In this document: in pieces, positions 33,786 through 41,998 of the stretch
How the letters are laid out: the number at the start of each line of letters is the position of its first letter
Numbering within the stretch: position 1 is the stretch's first letter
DNA from: Rhizobium sp. Q54
Lineage (GTDB): Bacteria; Pseudomonadota; Alphaproteobacteria; UBA2966; CAIVPW01
Assembly (NCBI GenBank): GCA_945889645.1
Contig: CAMDCA010000003.1
Location: 20,739-84,738 of the forward strand
Direction of reading: 5' to 3'
Length of the DNA: 64,000 bases
Notes under the pieces: model-generated
Told to the model about the DNA's origin: nothing
Database searches by the model: none
What the model saw: only the letters and a program-made list of their open reading frames with translations
Made by a program: the position numbers and the translations under genes

Positions 33786-34373
33786 ATGACTCAGCCTTTG
33801 CGCATCTTCACGATTCCCATGTTCGCCCACGGCGCCAACCAGCTGTGGTACGGCTGGCTGCAGAAGCGTCTTGAGGCGCGCAAGAAGTTCGCGATGGAGT
33901 CCTACACCATCGTTGAACTCGCCCCATCGGCCGACAAGCCGGTGATGAGCGACTGCATCACCAAGCTGAAGGTGGCGCTGGGAAGCGACAAGGCCGTGCT
34001 CGCGCGCACCGCCATCATCGGTCATTCGATTGGCTCCCAGGTCGCGCTGCGGGCGCTGTCCGAGATGCCGGCCGGGTCCGAGATCAACGGATTGTTGTGC
34101 GTCGCCGGCTGGCTCAAGCTCGACATGCCGAGTAAGGCGATCAAGCCGTGGATCGACCTGCCGTTCGACGAGGCGCGGGCCAAGGCCAACGCGCACCGCA
34201 TCCTGAACGTGGTGTCCGGCTCCGACGCGAATCAGATCAACGCGCTGGGCGTCAAAGAGGACTGGGAAGCACGCCTCGGCGCCGACGTGAAGATCGTCGG
34301 CGAGCCCGGTCACTTCAGCAACCCCGAGGAAGACGACGTGCTCGAAGCTACCCTCGAGTTCTTCGGCAAGTAG
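33786..34373 (+). CDS. alpha/beta-fold serine hydrolase (YdeN/RBBP9-like)
   Basis: ORF 33498..34373 trimmed to ATG 33786. Nucleophile elbow GHSIGS; LLCVAGW, EPGHFS motifs. Confidence 0.7.
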   Translation: MTQPLRIFTIPMFAHGANQLWYGWLQKRLEARKKFAMESYTIVELAPSADKPVMSDCITKLKVALGSDKAVLARTAIIGHSIGSQVALRALSEMPAGSEINGLLCVAGWLKLDMPSKAIKPWIDLPFDEARAKANAHRILNVVSGSDANQINALGVKEDWEARLGADVKIVGEPGHFSNPEEDDVLEATLEFFGK

Positions 34374-34378
34374 CGCGG

Positions 34379-34813
34379 ATGGACCGCCGCTGGATCGCGG
34401 GCGGGGCAGCGGCCGTTGCAGCGGTGGCAGCATACTTCTACTGGCAGGCCAACGCGCCGCCCGGTGCAGCAATCGATACGCAGGCGCTCGCCGCGCTGCT
34501 TTCCGACACGGCGCGCGAAGTTCGTTCGCGTGCGCCGATCATGGTGGACGCCGAGAGGCGCTTGATGGGCGCGGACGCCGCGGATGGGCGTTTAGTCTAC
34601 CACTACGTGCTGGTGACCGTGAACAAAGCCGACGTCGATTCGCGTAAGTTCATCGCGTTGAAGAAATCGGAAATTGTCAGCGCTGAATACGGCCGCGCCG
34701 AAGTTCGCTACCTGCTCAACCAGGGCGCGACGCTGGCGTACATTTATGATGACAAGCTTGGCGAGCGCATTGCGGACATCGGGTTGGCCCGCAACGACTG
34801 CCCGGCGCAGTAG
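34379..34813 (+). CDS. hypothetical exported/membrane-anchored protein (144 aa)
   Basis: ATG 34379. N-terminal hydrophobic helix, no domain recognised. Confidence 0.5.
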   Translation: MDRRWIAGGAAAVAAVAAYFYWQANAPPGAAIDTQALAALLSDTAREVRSRAPIMVDAERRLMGADAADGRLVYHYVLVTVNKADVDSRKFIALKKSEIVSAEYGRAEVRYLLNQGATLAYIYDDKLGERIADIGLARNDCPAQ

Positions 34814-34816
34814 ACC

Positions 34817-35107
34817 GTGACGCAGGCGCTGGCCGCGGTGGCCGCCGTTTTTGTAACGGTGTTCCTGGCCGAGTTGGGTGACAAGACTCAACTGGCGACA
34901 GTCCTGTTCGCCGCCGACGGCCAACGCAGTCCGTGGCTGGTGTTTGTGGCCGCCGCAGCCGCCTTGGTCCTGTCGACCGCCATCGCGGTGGCGGCAGGTG
35001 TAGCCGCTGAGCGTTACCTGACAGCCATTCCCCTGAAGTTGCTGGCGGGGATCGGCTTCATCCTCATCGGCGGCTGGACAGTCTGGTCTCATTTCGCCGG
35101 CCGCTGA
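34817..35107 (+). CDS. UPF0016/GDT1(TMEM165)-family single-domain membrane protein
   Basis: GTG start. Signature motif ELGDKTQLAT; 96 aa, 3 TM. Confidence 0.7.
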   Translation: MTQALAAVAAVFVTVFLAELGDKTQLATVLFAADGQRSPWLVFVAAAAALVLSTAIAVAAGVAAERYLTAIPLKLLAGIGFILIGGWTVWSHFAGR

Positions 35108-35128
35108 GGCTCCTTTAACACGAGCTAC

Positions 35129-35320
35129 ATGCAGATCCACCGCAACGACCAGGGTCTCGACATCATGAAGAATGTCACGACCACGCCGGCGGATCGCGTG
35201 AAGAAGTTCGACATCAAGGTCACCGGCGGGATGTGGGGCGACATGTTCCCCGCCACGGGCGCACCGGTGTTGAGCTGGGACGCGATCGCCTGGACCAGCC
35301 GCACGGTGTTCCTGCCGTAA
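35129..35320 (+). CDS. candidate small protein (63 aa)
   Basis: Very high GC3 across the ORF, characteristic of real genes in this genome. No family recognised; weak SD. Confidence 0.35.
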   Translation: MQIHRNDQGLDIMKNVTTTPADRVKKFDIKVTGGMWGDMFPATGAPVLSWDAIAWTSRTVFLP

Positions 35321-35334
35321 CACCATCGCGAACC

Positions 35335-35414
35335 GTCATCGCGAGAATCGAAGCGACGAAGCGATCCAGCCCGCCGCAAGCATCTGGATTGCTTCGCCTT
35401 CGGCTCGCAATGAC
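35335..35414. repeat. REP-like imperfect-palindrome intergenic element (gtcatcgcgag..ctggattgcttcgccttcggctcgcaatgac), copy 1
   Basis: Terminal inverted repeats gtcat(c/t)gcgag / ctcgcaatgac with internal complementary arms. Second copy at 55207..55290. Located between convergent gene ends. Confidence 0.7.
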
Positions 35415-35449
35415 GGGCGGCGGCTGGAGTTTCGGGCCGGAGCCGCGGC

Positions 35450-36121
35450 CTAGTCTCCGAGCGCGATCGGGTTGAACCTGGTATCGCGGTCGTAGACGTC
35501 GACGCCTTCGGTGCGCTTCAGCCAGCCCACGGCGGCGTACGTCAGCGGCGTTGCCGCGGCTTCGTAGGCGCTCTTCGCCAGCCACTGCGTCACGACCGCG
35601 GTCACCAAGGCGCCGGTCGGCAGGGTGCCGGCGAAGGCGAGGGTGATGAACACGGCCGAGTCGAGTCCCTGGCCAACCAGCGTTGAGCCGATGGTGCGCA
35701 GCCACAAGTGGCGGCCTTCGGTGGCGACTTTCAGCTTGGCCAGAACGAAGGCGTTGGTGAACTCGCCGATCAGGTAGGCGACGAACGACGCCGCCAGGAT
35801 GCGCGGCGCCTGGCCGAGGATCGTCGCCCAGGCCTCGCCGTCCTCCCAGAACCCAGCGGCGGGCAGGGCGCCGGCGGCCCAGATGGCTGCCACCACCAGC
35901 AAGTTGCACAGGAAACCGAGCCAGATGACGCGGCGTGCCGTGGCGAAGCCGTACACCTCGGTCAGGACGTCGCCGATGATATACGTGACCGGAAACAGGA
36001 TCACCGCGGCGGGCACCACCTGGGAACCGATGGCCACCAGCTTGACCGCGATGATGTTGGAGGCGATCAGGCTGGCGACGAAGATGGCGACGATGGCAAC
36101 GAAACGGCTGGAGTAGGTCAT
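35450..36121 (-). CDS. yhhQ: queuosine precursor (preQ0/preQ1) transporter, YhhQ/DUF165 family
   Basis: 223 aa polytopic membrane protein, ..[24 protein letters not shown]... Divergent from queF with 44-bp spacer. Confidence 0.8.
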   Translation of the reverse strand: MTYSSRFVAIVAIFVASLIASNIIAVKLVAIGSQVVPAAVILFPVTYIIGDVLTEVYGFATARRVIWLGFLCNLLVVAAIWAAGALPAAGFWEDGEAWATILGQAPRILAASFVAYLIGEFTNAFVLAKLKVATEGRHLWLRTIGSTLVGQGLDSAVFITLAFAGTLPTGALVTAVVTQWLAKSAYEAAATPLTYAAVGWLKRTEGVDVYDRDTRFNPIALGD

Positions 36122-36165
36122 GGTCCCTCTTGGCTGGGCAGGGCGCGCGCCCTAGGTTGCGGCCG

Positions 36166-36660
36166 ATGAAAAAGGGCACGCAGGGCAAGGGGCGGGCGTC
36201 GCGGTCGGGCGCGCAGGAATTGCGCCATCTCGGCCGCGCGGTCAAGGCACCGGAGACGCCGGGCGAGGCGACGCTGGATCGCATCGACAACCCACATCCC
36301 GATGCCCCGTACCTGGTTCGGTTCACCGCGCCGGAATTCACCAGCCTGTGCCCAATTACCGGCCAGCCCGATTTCGCCCATCTGGTGATCGACTACGTAC
36401 CGGGCGCGCACCTGGTCGAAAGCAAGTCGCTCAAACTCTACCTGGGCGCCTTCCGCAACGAGGGCGTGTTCCACGAGGATTGCACCGTCGGCATCGCCCA
36501 GCGGCTGATGCGCGAAATCAAGCCCGCCTGGCTGCGCATCGCCGGATACTGGTTCCCGCGCGGCGGCATGCCGATCGACGTTTTCTTTCAGTCTGGGACG
36601 CCGCCCAAGGGCGTTTGGGTGCCGGACCCCGGCGTCGCGCCCTATCGCGGGCGCGGCTAG
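36166..36660 (+). CDS. queF: NADPH-dependent 7-cyano-7-deazaguanine (preQ0) reductase
   Basis: ORF 36130..36660 trimmed to ATG 36166. Motifs [15 protein letters not shown] and [16 protein letters not shown] (type I QueF). Confidence 0.85.
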   Translation: MKKGTQGKGRASRSGAQELRHLGRAVKAPETPGEATLDRIDNPHPDAPYLVRFTAPEFTSLCPITGQPDFAHLVIDYVPGAHLVESKSLKLYLGAFRNEGVFHEDCTVGIAQRLMREIKPAWLRIAGYWFPRGGMPIDVFFQSGTPPKGVWVPDPGVAPYRGRG

Positions 36661-36701
36661 GAATGTCATACTTCGGCCCGCGTCTCGCCTGACCGAGGAC
36701 C

Positions 36702-37619
36702 ATGGAAACCGTCACCGCGCTCCTCGGCAAAATCCTGTTCTGGCACTGGGGCATCGTTGCCGTCGCGCTTGGCGCGCTGGAGATGCTGTTCGCCGGTGGC
36801 ATGCTGATGGGTGCGGCGATCGCGGCCGCATTGGTCGGCGCCGCAGCGTTCGCTATCCAGCGGTTCCCGGGCGCCTTGCCGCCGACCTTGCGCTTCGATC
36901 TGCCGTTTCAACTGCTGGCGTTTGCCGTGCTGGCCGCGGTGTTCGCGTTGGCGATGCGGATCGGCCGCCGTCGCGCAGCTGCGATGATCGCCGAGGCCGC
37001 GGCGCCGCCGAAGCCAGCGGGCGATCCGGCCGTTCCAGCGGCCGCGCCAGGGCCGCAACCGTTGGCCGCTGCGCCGGCCGCAGTCGCTCCGATCGCACCG
37101 TCGCCGATTCCCGCCAAGCTCAGCCCGCAACCGCCGGTGATGCCGCTGGTTCGGCCGGCACAGGCGGCTGCGCCTGTCGCTGTCGCGCCACCGCCACCTC
37201 TGGCAGCGGCGCCCGCGAAGCCGTCGCGGCCGTTTGTGCGCCCGGCCGGCAACCAGCCGATGCGAGTCACTGGCCCGACTGCCATCACGACTCCGCCAGC
37301 GCCCCAACCGCAGCCGCGCCCGGCACAGCGCGCGCAACCGCCGGCGCCGCCTGCCGCACCTCCGGCCACAGCGCGTCCCGCGGTCCCGGCTCCTGTCGCG
37401 GCAGCACCGCCACCATCCGCGACACTCGCCAAGGGCAAGCCGAACCCAGCCGACTTCGTCGGGCGCGAATACACCCTGTGGAAACCCATGGATGGCGGCC
37501 GCGGCTCGCTGCGCATCAGCGGCGCCGATTGGGTTCTGCTCGGACCTGACGTGGCGGCGGGGGCGCGCGTGCGCGTCATCGGCGTCGAAGGCCCCTCACT
37601 CCGCATCGAGCTGGCGTAG
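36702..37619 (+). CDS. NfeD-like membrane protein with ~200-aa Pro/Ala-rich linker
   Basis: N-terminal TM helices. C-terminal OB-fold motif ..GREYTLWKPMDGGRGSLRISGADWVLLGPDVAAGARVRVIGVEGPSLRIE. Low-complexity AAPxPxP middle. Confidence 0.7.
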   Translation: METVTALLGKILFWHWGIVAVALGALEMLFAGGMLMGAAIAAALVGAAAFAIQRFPGALPPTLRFDLPFQLLAFAVLAAVFALAMRIGRRRAAAMIAEAAAPPKPAGDPAVPAAAPGPQPLAAAPAAVAPIAPSPIPAKLSPQPPVMPLVRPAQAAAPVAVAPPPPLAAAPAKPSRPFVRPAGNQPMRVTGPTAITTPPAPQPQPRPAQRAQPPAPPAAPPATARPAVPAPVAAAPPPSATLAKGKPNPADFVGREYTLWKPMDGGRGSLRISGADWVLLGPDVAAGARVRVIGVEGPSLRIELA

Positions 37620-37728
37620 GCGTCCGTGCTCAGCGCCAGCGAAGCAGAAGACCATCCTGCGCTTTGCGGTGAAAGGACGCTGACGGCGCCCGTTTGAACG
37701 CGGTCACGCGTCGTCTATAACTCAGGGC

Positions 37729-39450
37729 ATGTCCGAACCCTTCGATAAGTCCAAGCTGCCCAGCCGCCACGTCAGCATGGGGCCGGAGCGGGCGCCGCAT
37801 CGGTCGTACTACTACGCCATGGGCCTCGGGCCTGAAGACATCGCCAAGCCGTTCGTCGGCGTGGCGACGACGTGGAACGAAGCCGCGCCGTGCAACATCA
37901 CGCTGCATCGCCAGGCCGAGGCCGTGAAACGTGGCGTCAACGCCGCCGGCGGCATGCCGCGCGAATTCACCACCATCACCGTTACCGACGGCATCGCCAT
38001 GGGCCATGCCGGCATGAAGTCGTCGTTGGTGAGCCGCGAGATCATCGCCGACTCGGTCGAGTTGACCATGCGCGGTCATTGCTATGACGCCCTCGTCGGC
38101 CTCGCCGGCTGCGACAAGTCGCTGCCCGGGCTGATGATGGCGATGATCCGGTTGAACGTGCCGTCGGTGTTCATCTACGGCGGCTCCATCATGCCCGGAC
38201 GTTTTCAGGGCAAGGATGTGACGGTCGTCGATGTGTTCGAGGCGGTCGGCAAGTACTCTGCCGGCACCATGGACTTGAAGACTCTCATCGAACTGGAGTC
38301 GGTCGCATGCCCGTCGGCGGGCTCGTGCGGGGGCCAGTTCACCGCCAACACCATGGCCTGCGTCTCGGAGGCGATCGGACTTGCGCTGCCCGGCTCGGCC
38401 GGCGCACCGGCCCCCTATGAGTCGCGTGACCAGTTCTGCGAGCTGTCGGGCAAGGTCGTCATGGACCTGATCCGCAGCCAGTTGCGTCCGCGTGACATTG
38501 TCACGCGCAAGGCCCTGGAGAACGCGGCCGTTGTGGTGGCAGCTTCGGGCGGCTCGACCAACGCGGCGCTGCACCTGCCGGCAATGGCCCACGAGGCCGG
38601 TATCGATTTTGACCTGCATGAAGTCGCCAGGATCTTTAAGCGCACGCCCTACATCGCGTCGATGAAGCCAGGCGGCAAGTACGTCGCCAAGGACATGTAC
38701 GACGTCGGCGGTGTGCCGGTGCTGATGAAGGCACTGCTCGACGGAGGCTTCCTGCACGGCGACTGCATCACGGTGACCGGCAAGACGATTGCCGAGAACC
38801 TCAAGGACGTGAAGGTGCCGGAAGGCCAGGACGTCATCGTGCCCACCTCGCGGCCGATCTCGAAGACCGGCGGCGTCGTCGGTCTGCGCGGCAATCTGGC
38901 CCCGCAGGGAGCGATCGTGAAGGTCGCAGGACTTGTGCACACCAAGTTCCAGGGCACCGCCCGCGTGTTCGACTCCGAGGAGGAGTGCTTCGCGGCCGTG
39001 CAGGCGAAGAAGTACCAGGCCGGCGACGTGCTGGTGATTCGCTATGAGGGGCCGCGCGGCGGACCCGGCATGCGCGAGATGCTGTCCACCACCGCGGCCA
39101 TCTATGGCCAGGGCATGGGCGAGAAGGTTGCGTTGATCACCGATGGACGCTTCTCGGGCGGTACGCGCGGTATTTGCATCGGCCACGTCGGGCCGGAAGC
39201 GGCCGTTTGCGGTCCGATCGCATTGCTCAAGGACGGCGACGTCATCAAGATCGACGCCAACGCCGGCACACTCGAAGTGGACGTTTCCGACGCCGAACTC
39301 GCCAAGCGCAGGGCAATTTGGAAGCCACGCAAGACGGATTTCCAGTCCGGTGCGCTGTGGCGCTATGTTCAGACGGTCGGCGACGCTGAAAAGGGCGCGG
39401 TGACTCATCCAGGCGGCGGCGCCGAGAGCCACATGTACGCCGACATCTAA
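37729..39450 (+). CDS. ilvD: dihydroxy-acid dehydratase (IlvD/EDD family, short form)
   Basis: 573 aa. ..CDKSLPGLMMA.., Fe-S ligand region, C-terminal ..GRFSGGTRGICIGHVGPEAA... Confidence 0.9.
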   Translation: MSEPFDKSKLPSRHVSMGPERAPHRSYYYAMGLGPEDIAKPFVGVATTWNEAAPCNITLHRQAEAVKRGVNAAGGMPREFTTITVTDGIAMGHAGMKSSLVSREIIADSVELTMRGHCYDALVGLAGCDKSLPGLMMAMIRLNVPSVFIYGGSIMPGRFQGKDVTVVDVFEAVGKYSAGTMDLKTLIELESVACPSAGSCGGQFTANTMACVSEAIGLALPGSAGAPAPYESRDQFCELSGKVVMDLIRSQLRPRDIVTRKALENAAVVVAASGGSTNAALHLPAMAHEAGIDFDLHEVARIFKRTPYIASMKPGGKYVAKDMYDVGGVPVLMKALLDGGFLHGDCITVTGKTIAENLKDVKVPEGQDVIVPTSRPISKTGGVVGLRGNLAPQGAIVKVAGLVHTKFQGTARVFDSEEECFAAVQAKKYQAGDVLVIRYEGPRGGPGMREMLSTTAAIYGQGMGEKVALITDGRFSGGTRGICIGHVGPEAAVCGPIALLKDGDVIKIDANAGTLEVDVSDAELAKRRAIWKPRKTDFQSGALWRYVQTVGDAEKGAVTHPGGGAESHMYADI

Positions 39451-39463
39451 TTTTGACGCGCCT

Positions 39464-40078
39464 TTGACAGTGAAGGTCCATAAGGCGCGCAGCACCTCGG
39501 GGGCGGGGGATTCGGTGACGGTATCGTTGCGTGCAGTGACGGATTCGCGCTTCGGGCGCGAAGGACCGAACGTCAAGTCGCCCTGGGCGGCGCTGGTGGA
39601 GCGCGTGCGCAAGTGGCTCGACCCCAACCGCGGCGTGCAAGTGCGCGCCAAACTCACCTACGCCATCGGCAAAGCAACCATTGCCATGGGTGACGACTTG
39701 TCGGCGTTCCGCGGCCTGCGCGCCAAGACACTTACGCCGCCGGGCCTGTGCATCGAGGTCGTCAACCAGGGCACGGAAGCCGTGGTGATCACGGAGGTCG
39801 GCCTGACCCGCGGCGGCGAGGGCCCGCAGATATCGCTGCGCGAGCCCCATCTGCACGATAGCGGGCCGTGGCCGCGCCGGCTCGAGCCCGGGGAGGCGGT
39901 CGTCGCCCATTTTGGGTCCGGACTTGCCGGCCATCAGATGCTGCCCGAAGTCCGGCGCTCGTATGCGCAGGGCATCGACGGCAAGATGTTCCTGGGGCCC
40001 GAAGCGACCCGGGCGCTGCGCCAATATAACCAGCGCACGGCCGAAATCGCTGCCGAGCAGGCGCGCGGCGTCGCCTAG
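39464..40078 (+). CDS. hypothetical protein
   Basis: TTG-initiated ORF of 204 aa, moderate coding-like composition, no domain recognised. Start uncertain. Confidence 0.45.
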   Translation: MTVKVHKARSTSGAGDSVTVSLRAVTDSRFGREGPNVKSPWAALVERVRKWLDPNRGVQVRAKLTYAIGKATIAMGDDLSAFRGLRAKTLTPPGLCIEVVNQGTEAVVITEVGLTRGGEGPQISLREPHLHDSGPWPRRLEPGEAVVAHFGSGLAGHQMLPEVRRSYAQGIDGKMFLGPEATRALRQYNQRTAEIAAEQARGVA

Positions 40079-40091
40079 CGCTGCCGGACGC

Positions 40092-40631
40092 CTACCGCGT
40101 CCGCAGGAACGAAATCGAGATCAGGTCCTGCACACCTTCGGGCGACGTCGCCAGCCAGTGGCGGAACTGGATCGTGGTGGTCGGAAAGTTCCAGCCGACG
40201 TTGCGTGCGGTCGCGCGCATGCCGTCCGGCCCCGGCTCCTCACTGGTCTGGACTGACAGCGGCGCACCGTAGGCAAGCCGCAAGGCGTTCTCGATCGCGT
40301 TTGCCTGATCGGCGCGCTCGTGGTTGACCCACCCGGAGCCGAGGCGCACCTCCGTCAGGCCGCGCCCGGGGCTCAACGTCAGCTGGACGGGCGCGAAGGT
40401 CACGCCTCCGATGGTTCCTTCAGCGACCGTGTAGCTCACCAGCCCGATCTGGTTGCGGGTCGGGACCAGTCGTGGTCCCAGCGCGGCCGCGAGGTCGTCT
40501 GCGTTCATGCCCCATCGCGTCGCATCCCAACCGGCAACGTCCTCGACCGGATTTGCCGGCGGGGCGTATGGCTGCCCCGTTGCCGCCGTAGCCAGGAGTC
40601 CAACGAGTGCGGCAGCGAGAGTGCATCGCAT
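40092..40631 (-). CDS. secreted hypothetical protein (179 aa)
   Basis: Signal peptide MRCTLAAALVGLLATAATGQ. 3-nt gap to upstream gene, same strand. Confidence 0.55.
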   Translation of the reverse strand: MRCTLAAALVGLLATAATGQPYAPPANPVEDVAGWDATRWGMNADDLAAALGPRLVPTRNQIGLVSYTVAEGTIGGVTFAPVQLTLSPGRGLTEVRLGSGWVNHERADQANAIENALRLAYGAPLSVQTSEEPGPDGMRATARNVGWNFPTTTIQFRHWLATSPEGVQDLISISFLRTR

Positions 40632-40634
40632 CCG

Positions 40635-41126
40635 CTAGAGCGTCGCTCCCATTAGGCGGTCCAGCACGAGGCCGGCGATCTCATCGGGAACGACATCCAG
40701 TTCGTCTTCCTCGGGAAAGAAGTTGCCCGACCACAGCGTGCTTCCGCTGAGCGCGTCCACCAGTTTCAAGACGATCTTAAAGATGTCGTCGCCTGCCTCG
40801 ATTCGACCCAGAAGCAGGAAGCGGACGCCAAGTGCTGCGGCGATCGCTGGAGGCCCCGTGAAATTGGCCGCTAGGCCAGCGACGGCCGCACCATCGGCGA
40901 CGCGCAGTTCGGGATGCTTCGCGAGGTCTTCTGCCACGGCCCGCCAGAGGTGTTCCGCCTCCGCGTCGGTCGCCGCGTCCTCGGCGCGGAACACAACCGC
41001 TACTGAACGATCGCGGGCCACCTCCTGGGCACATGCAGGCAGGGCACTTGGTAGCACCATGACGGCGAATGCAGCAAACAGGCAAGCCCGCAGGATGCCT
41101 CGTGTTGTCTCTGCGAGAGTGCGCAT
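40635..41126 (-). CDS. secreted protein resembling the TolB-N-like periplasmic domain found in alpha-proteobacterial adenylate cyclase/TPR proteins
   Basis: ORF 40635..41396(-) trimmed to ATG 41126 (MRTLAETTRGILRACLFAAFAVMVLPSALPACAQ). ..SVAVVFRAEDAAT..LGVRFLLLGRIEAGDDIFKIVLKLVDALSGSTLWSGNF.. matches the sIAVLPF..lGvryvL.Gsv..LiDa.tg..lWs pattern. Confidence 0.5.
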   Translation of the reverse strand: MRTLAETTRGILRACLFAAFAVMVLPSALPACAQEVARDRSVAVVFRAEDAATDAEAEHLWRAVAEDLAKHPELRVADGAAVAGLAANFTGPPAIAAALGVRFLLLGRIEAGDDIFKIVLKLVDALSGSTLWSGNFFPEEDELDVVPDEIAGLVLDRLMGATL

Positions 41127-41157
41127 CTGGCCCGGATACCTTCCGGGGCTCTGGGTG

Positions 41158-41754
41158 TCAAGAAGCGGTCGAACGTGGAGGGGCAGACGGATCCAAGATG
41201 CGACGAACGGCGGCGCGGCGCTCGGCGGCCGGCTTGGGGAAGAGGCCAGCCCCAAGGGCGAGTGGCGCTGACGTGGCGAGGTCAGCGGCCTTGGTGAGGG
41301 CTGTTCGAATGGCGACGAGGTCGTCACGCGAGAGACCGGAGAAGCACTCGGGAGGTACCCGTATGCGGTTCTCGATCTCTTCGCAGGCGGCGGCACCGGC
41401 CGCAGTGGTCGAGAGGACCTTTACCCTGCGGTCCTGGGCGTCGGCGCCGCGCGCGAGAAAGCCGCGCGCTTCAAGCTTGTCGACTAGGCCCGTGATGTTG
41501 GAGGCGTCGCACTGCATGGCCTCGGCCAGCGCGCTCATCGGGCCGGGGCCCAGCCGCGCCAGCTTTAGCAGCATGAAGCCCTGGGCCGGCGTGAGATCCA
41601 GGTCCTGCCACGTGGCGGCCCAGCGCGTGCGTTCCGACTGAATGATCTGGAGCAGCGGCTCCCACGTCGCGCGGCGCAAGTCGTCCATGGACGCGGCCTT
41701 GCGAGCGGCGCGTGGCTTGAACTTCCGGAGCGGCGGGACAGAGTCGTCTGGCAT
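41158..41754 (-). CDS. MarR-family transcriptional regulator
   Basis: wHTH ..LDLTPAQGFMLLKLARLGPGPMSALAEAMQCDASNITGLVDKLEARGFLAR..DRRVKVL... ATG 41754 preferred over the TTG at 41835. Confidence 0.75.
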   Translation of the reverse strand: MPDDSVPPLRKFKPRAARKAASMDDLRRATWEPLLQIIQSERTRWAATWQDLDLTPAQGFMLLKLARLGPGPMSALAEAMQCDASNITGLVDKLEARGFLARGADAQDRRVKVLSTTAAGAAACEEIENRIRVPPECFSGLSRDDLVAIRTALTKAADLATSAPLALGAGLFPKPAAERRAAVRRILDPSAPPRSTAS

Positions 41755-41998
41755 CGGTGAGGTACGCCACGCTCCGCTCGTCGTCAGCACCAGGAAGATC
41801 GTGCCGACCAACGCCGGGGCGATGCGGCGGCTCAAGGACGCAGAACTCGAAGATCACGCGTCAGGAGAACGGCGCCGTCAACGGGCGCAAGCTGCACTTC
41901 ATTCTGGTCAACGCCGACCTCGGCTTTTAGCCGCGCCGATGCGCGGACGCGAGTAATACGGGCACCGCGGCGCCTGCACCGCTTTCAAGGAGAAGAAC

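Noticed and set aside
36122-36165. preQ1 riboswitch between yhhQ and queF, and SAM-type riboswitch upstream of the cysK-sseA-metC operon (3185..3320)
   Set aside because: The 44-bp yhhQ/queF spacer cannot hold a riboswitch plus two promoters. No preQ1-I/II or SAM-II consensus blocks were recognisable by eye in either leader.
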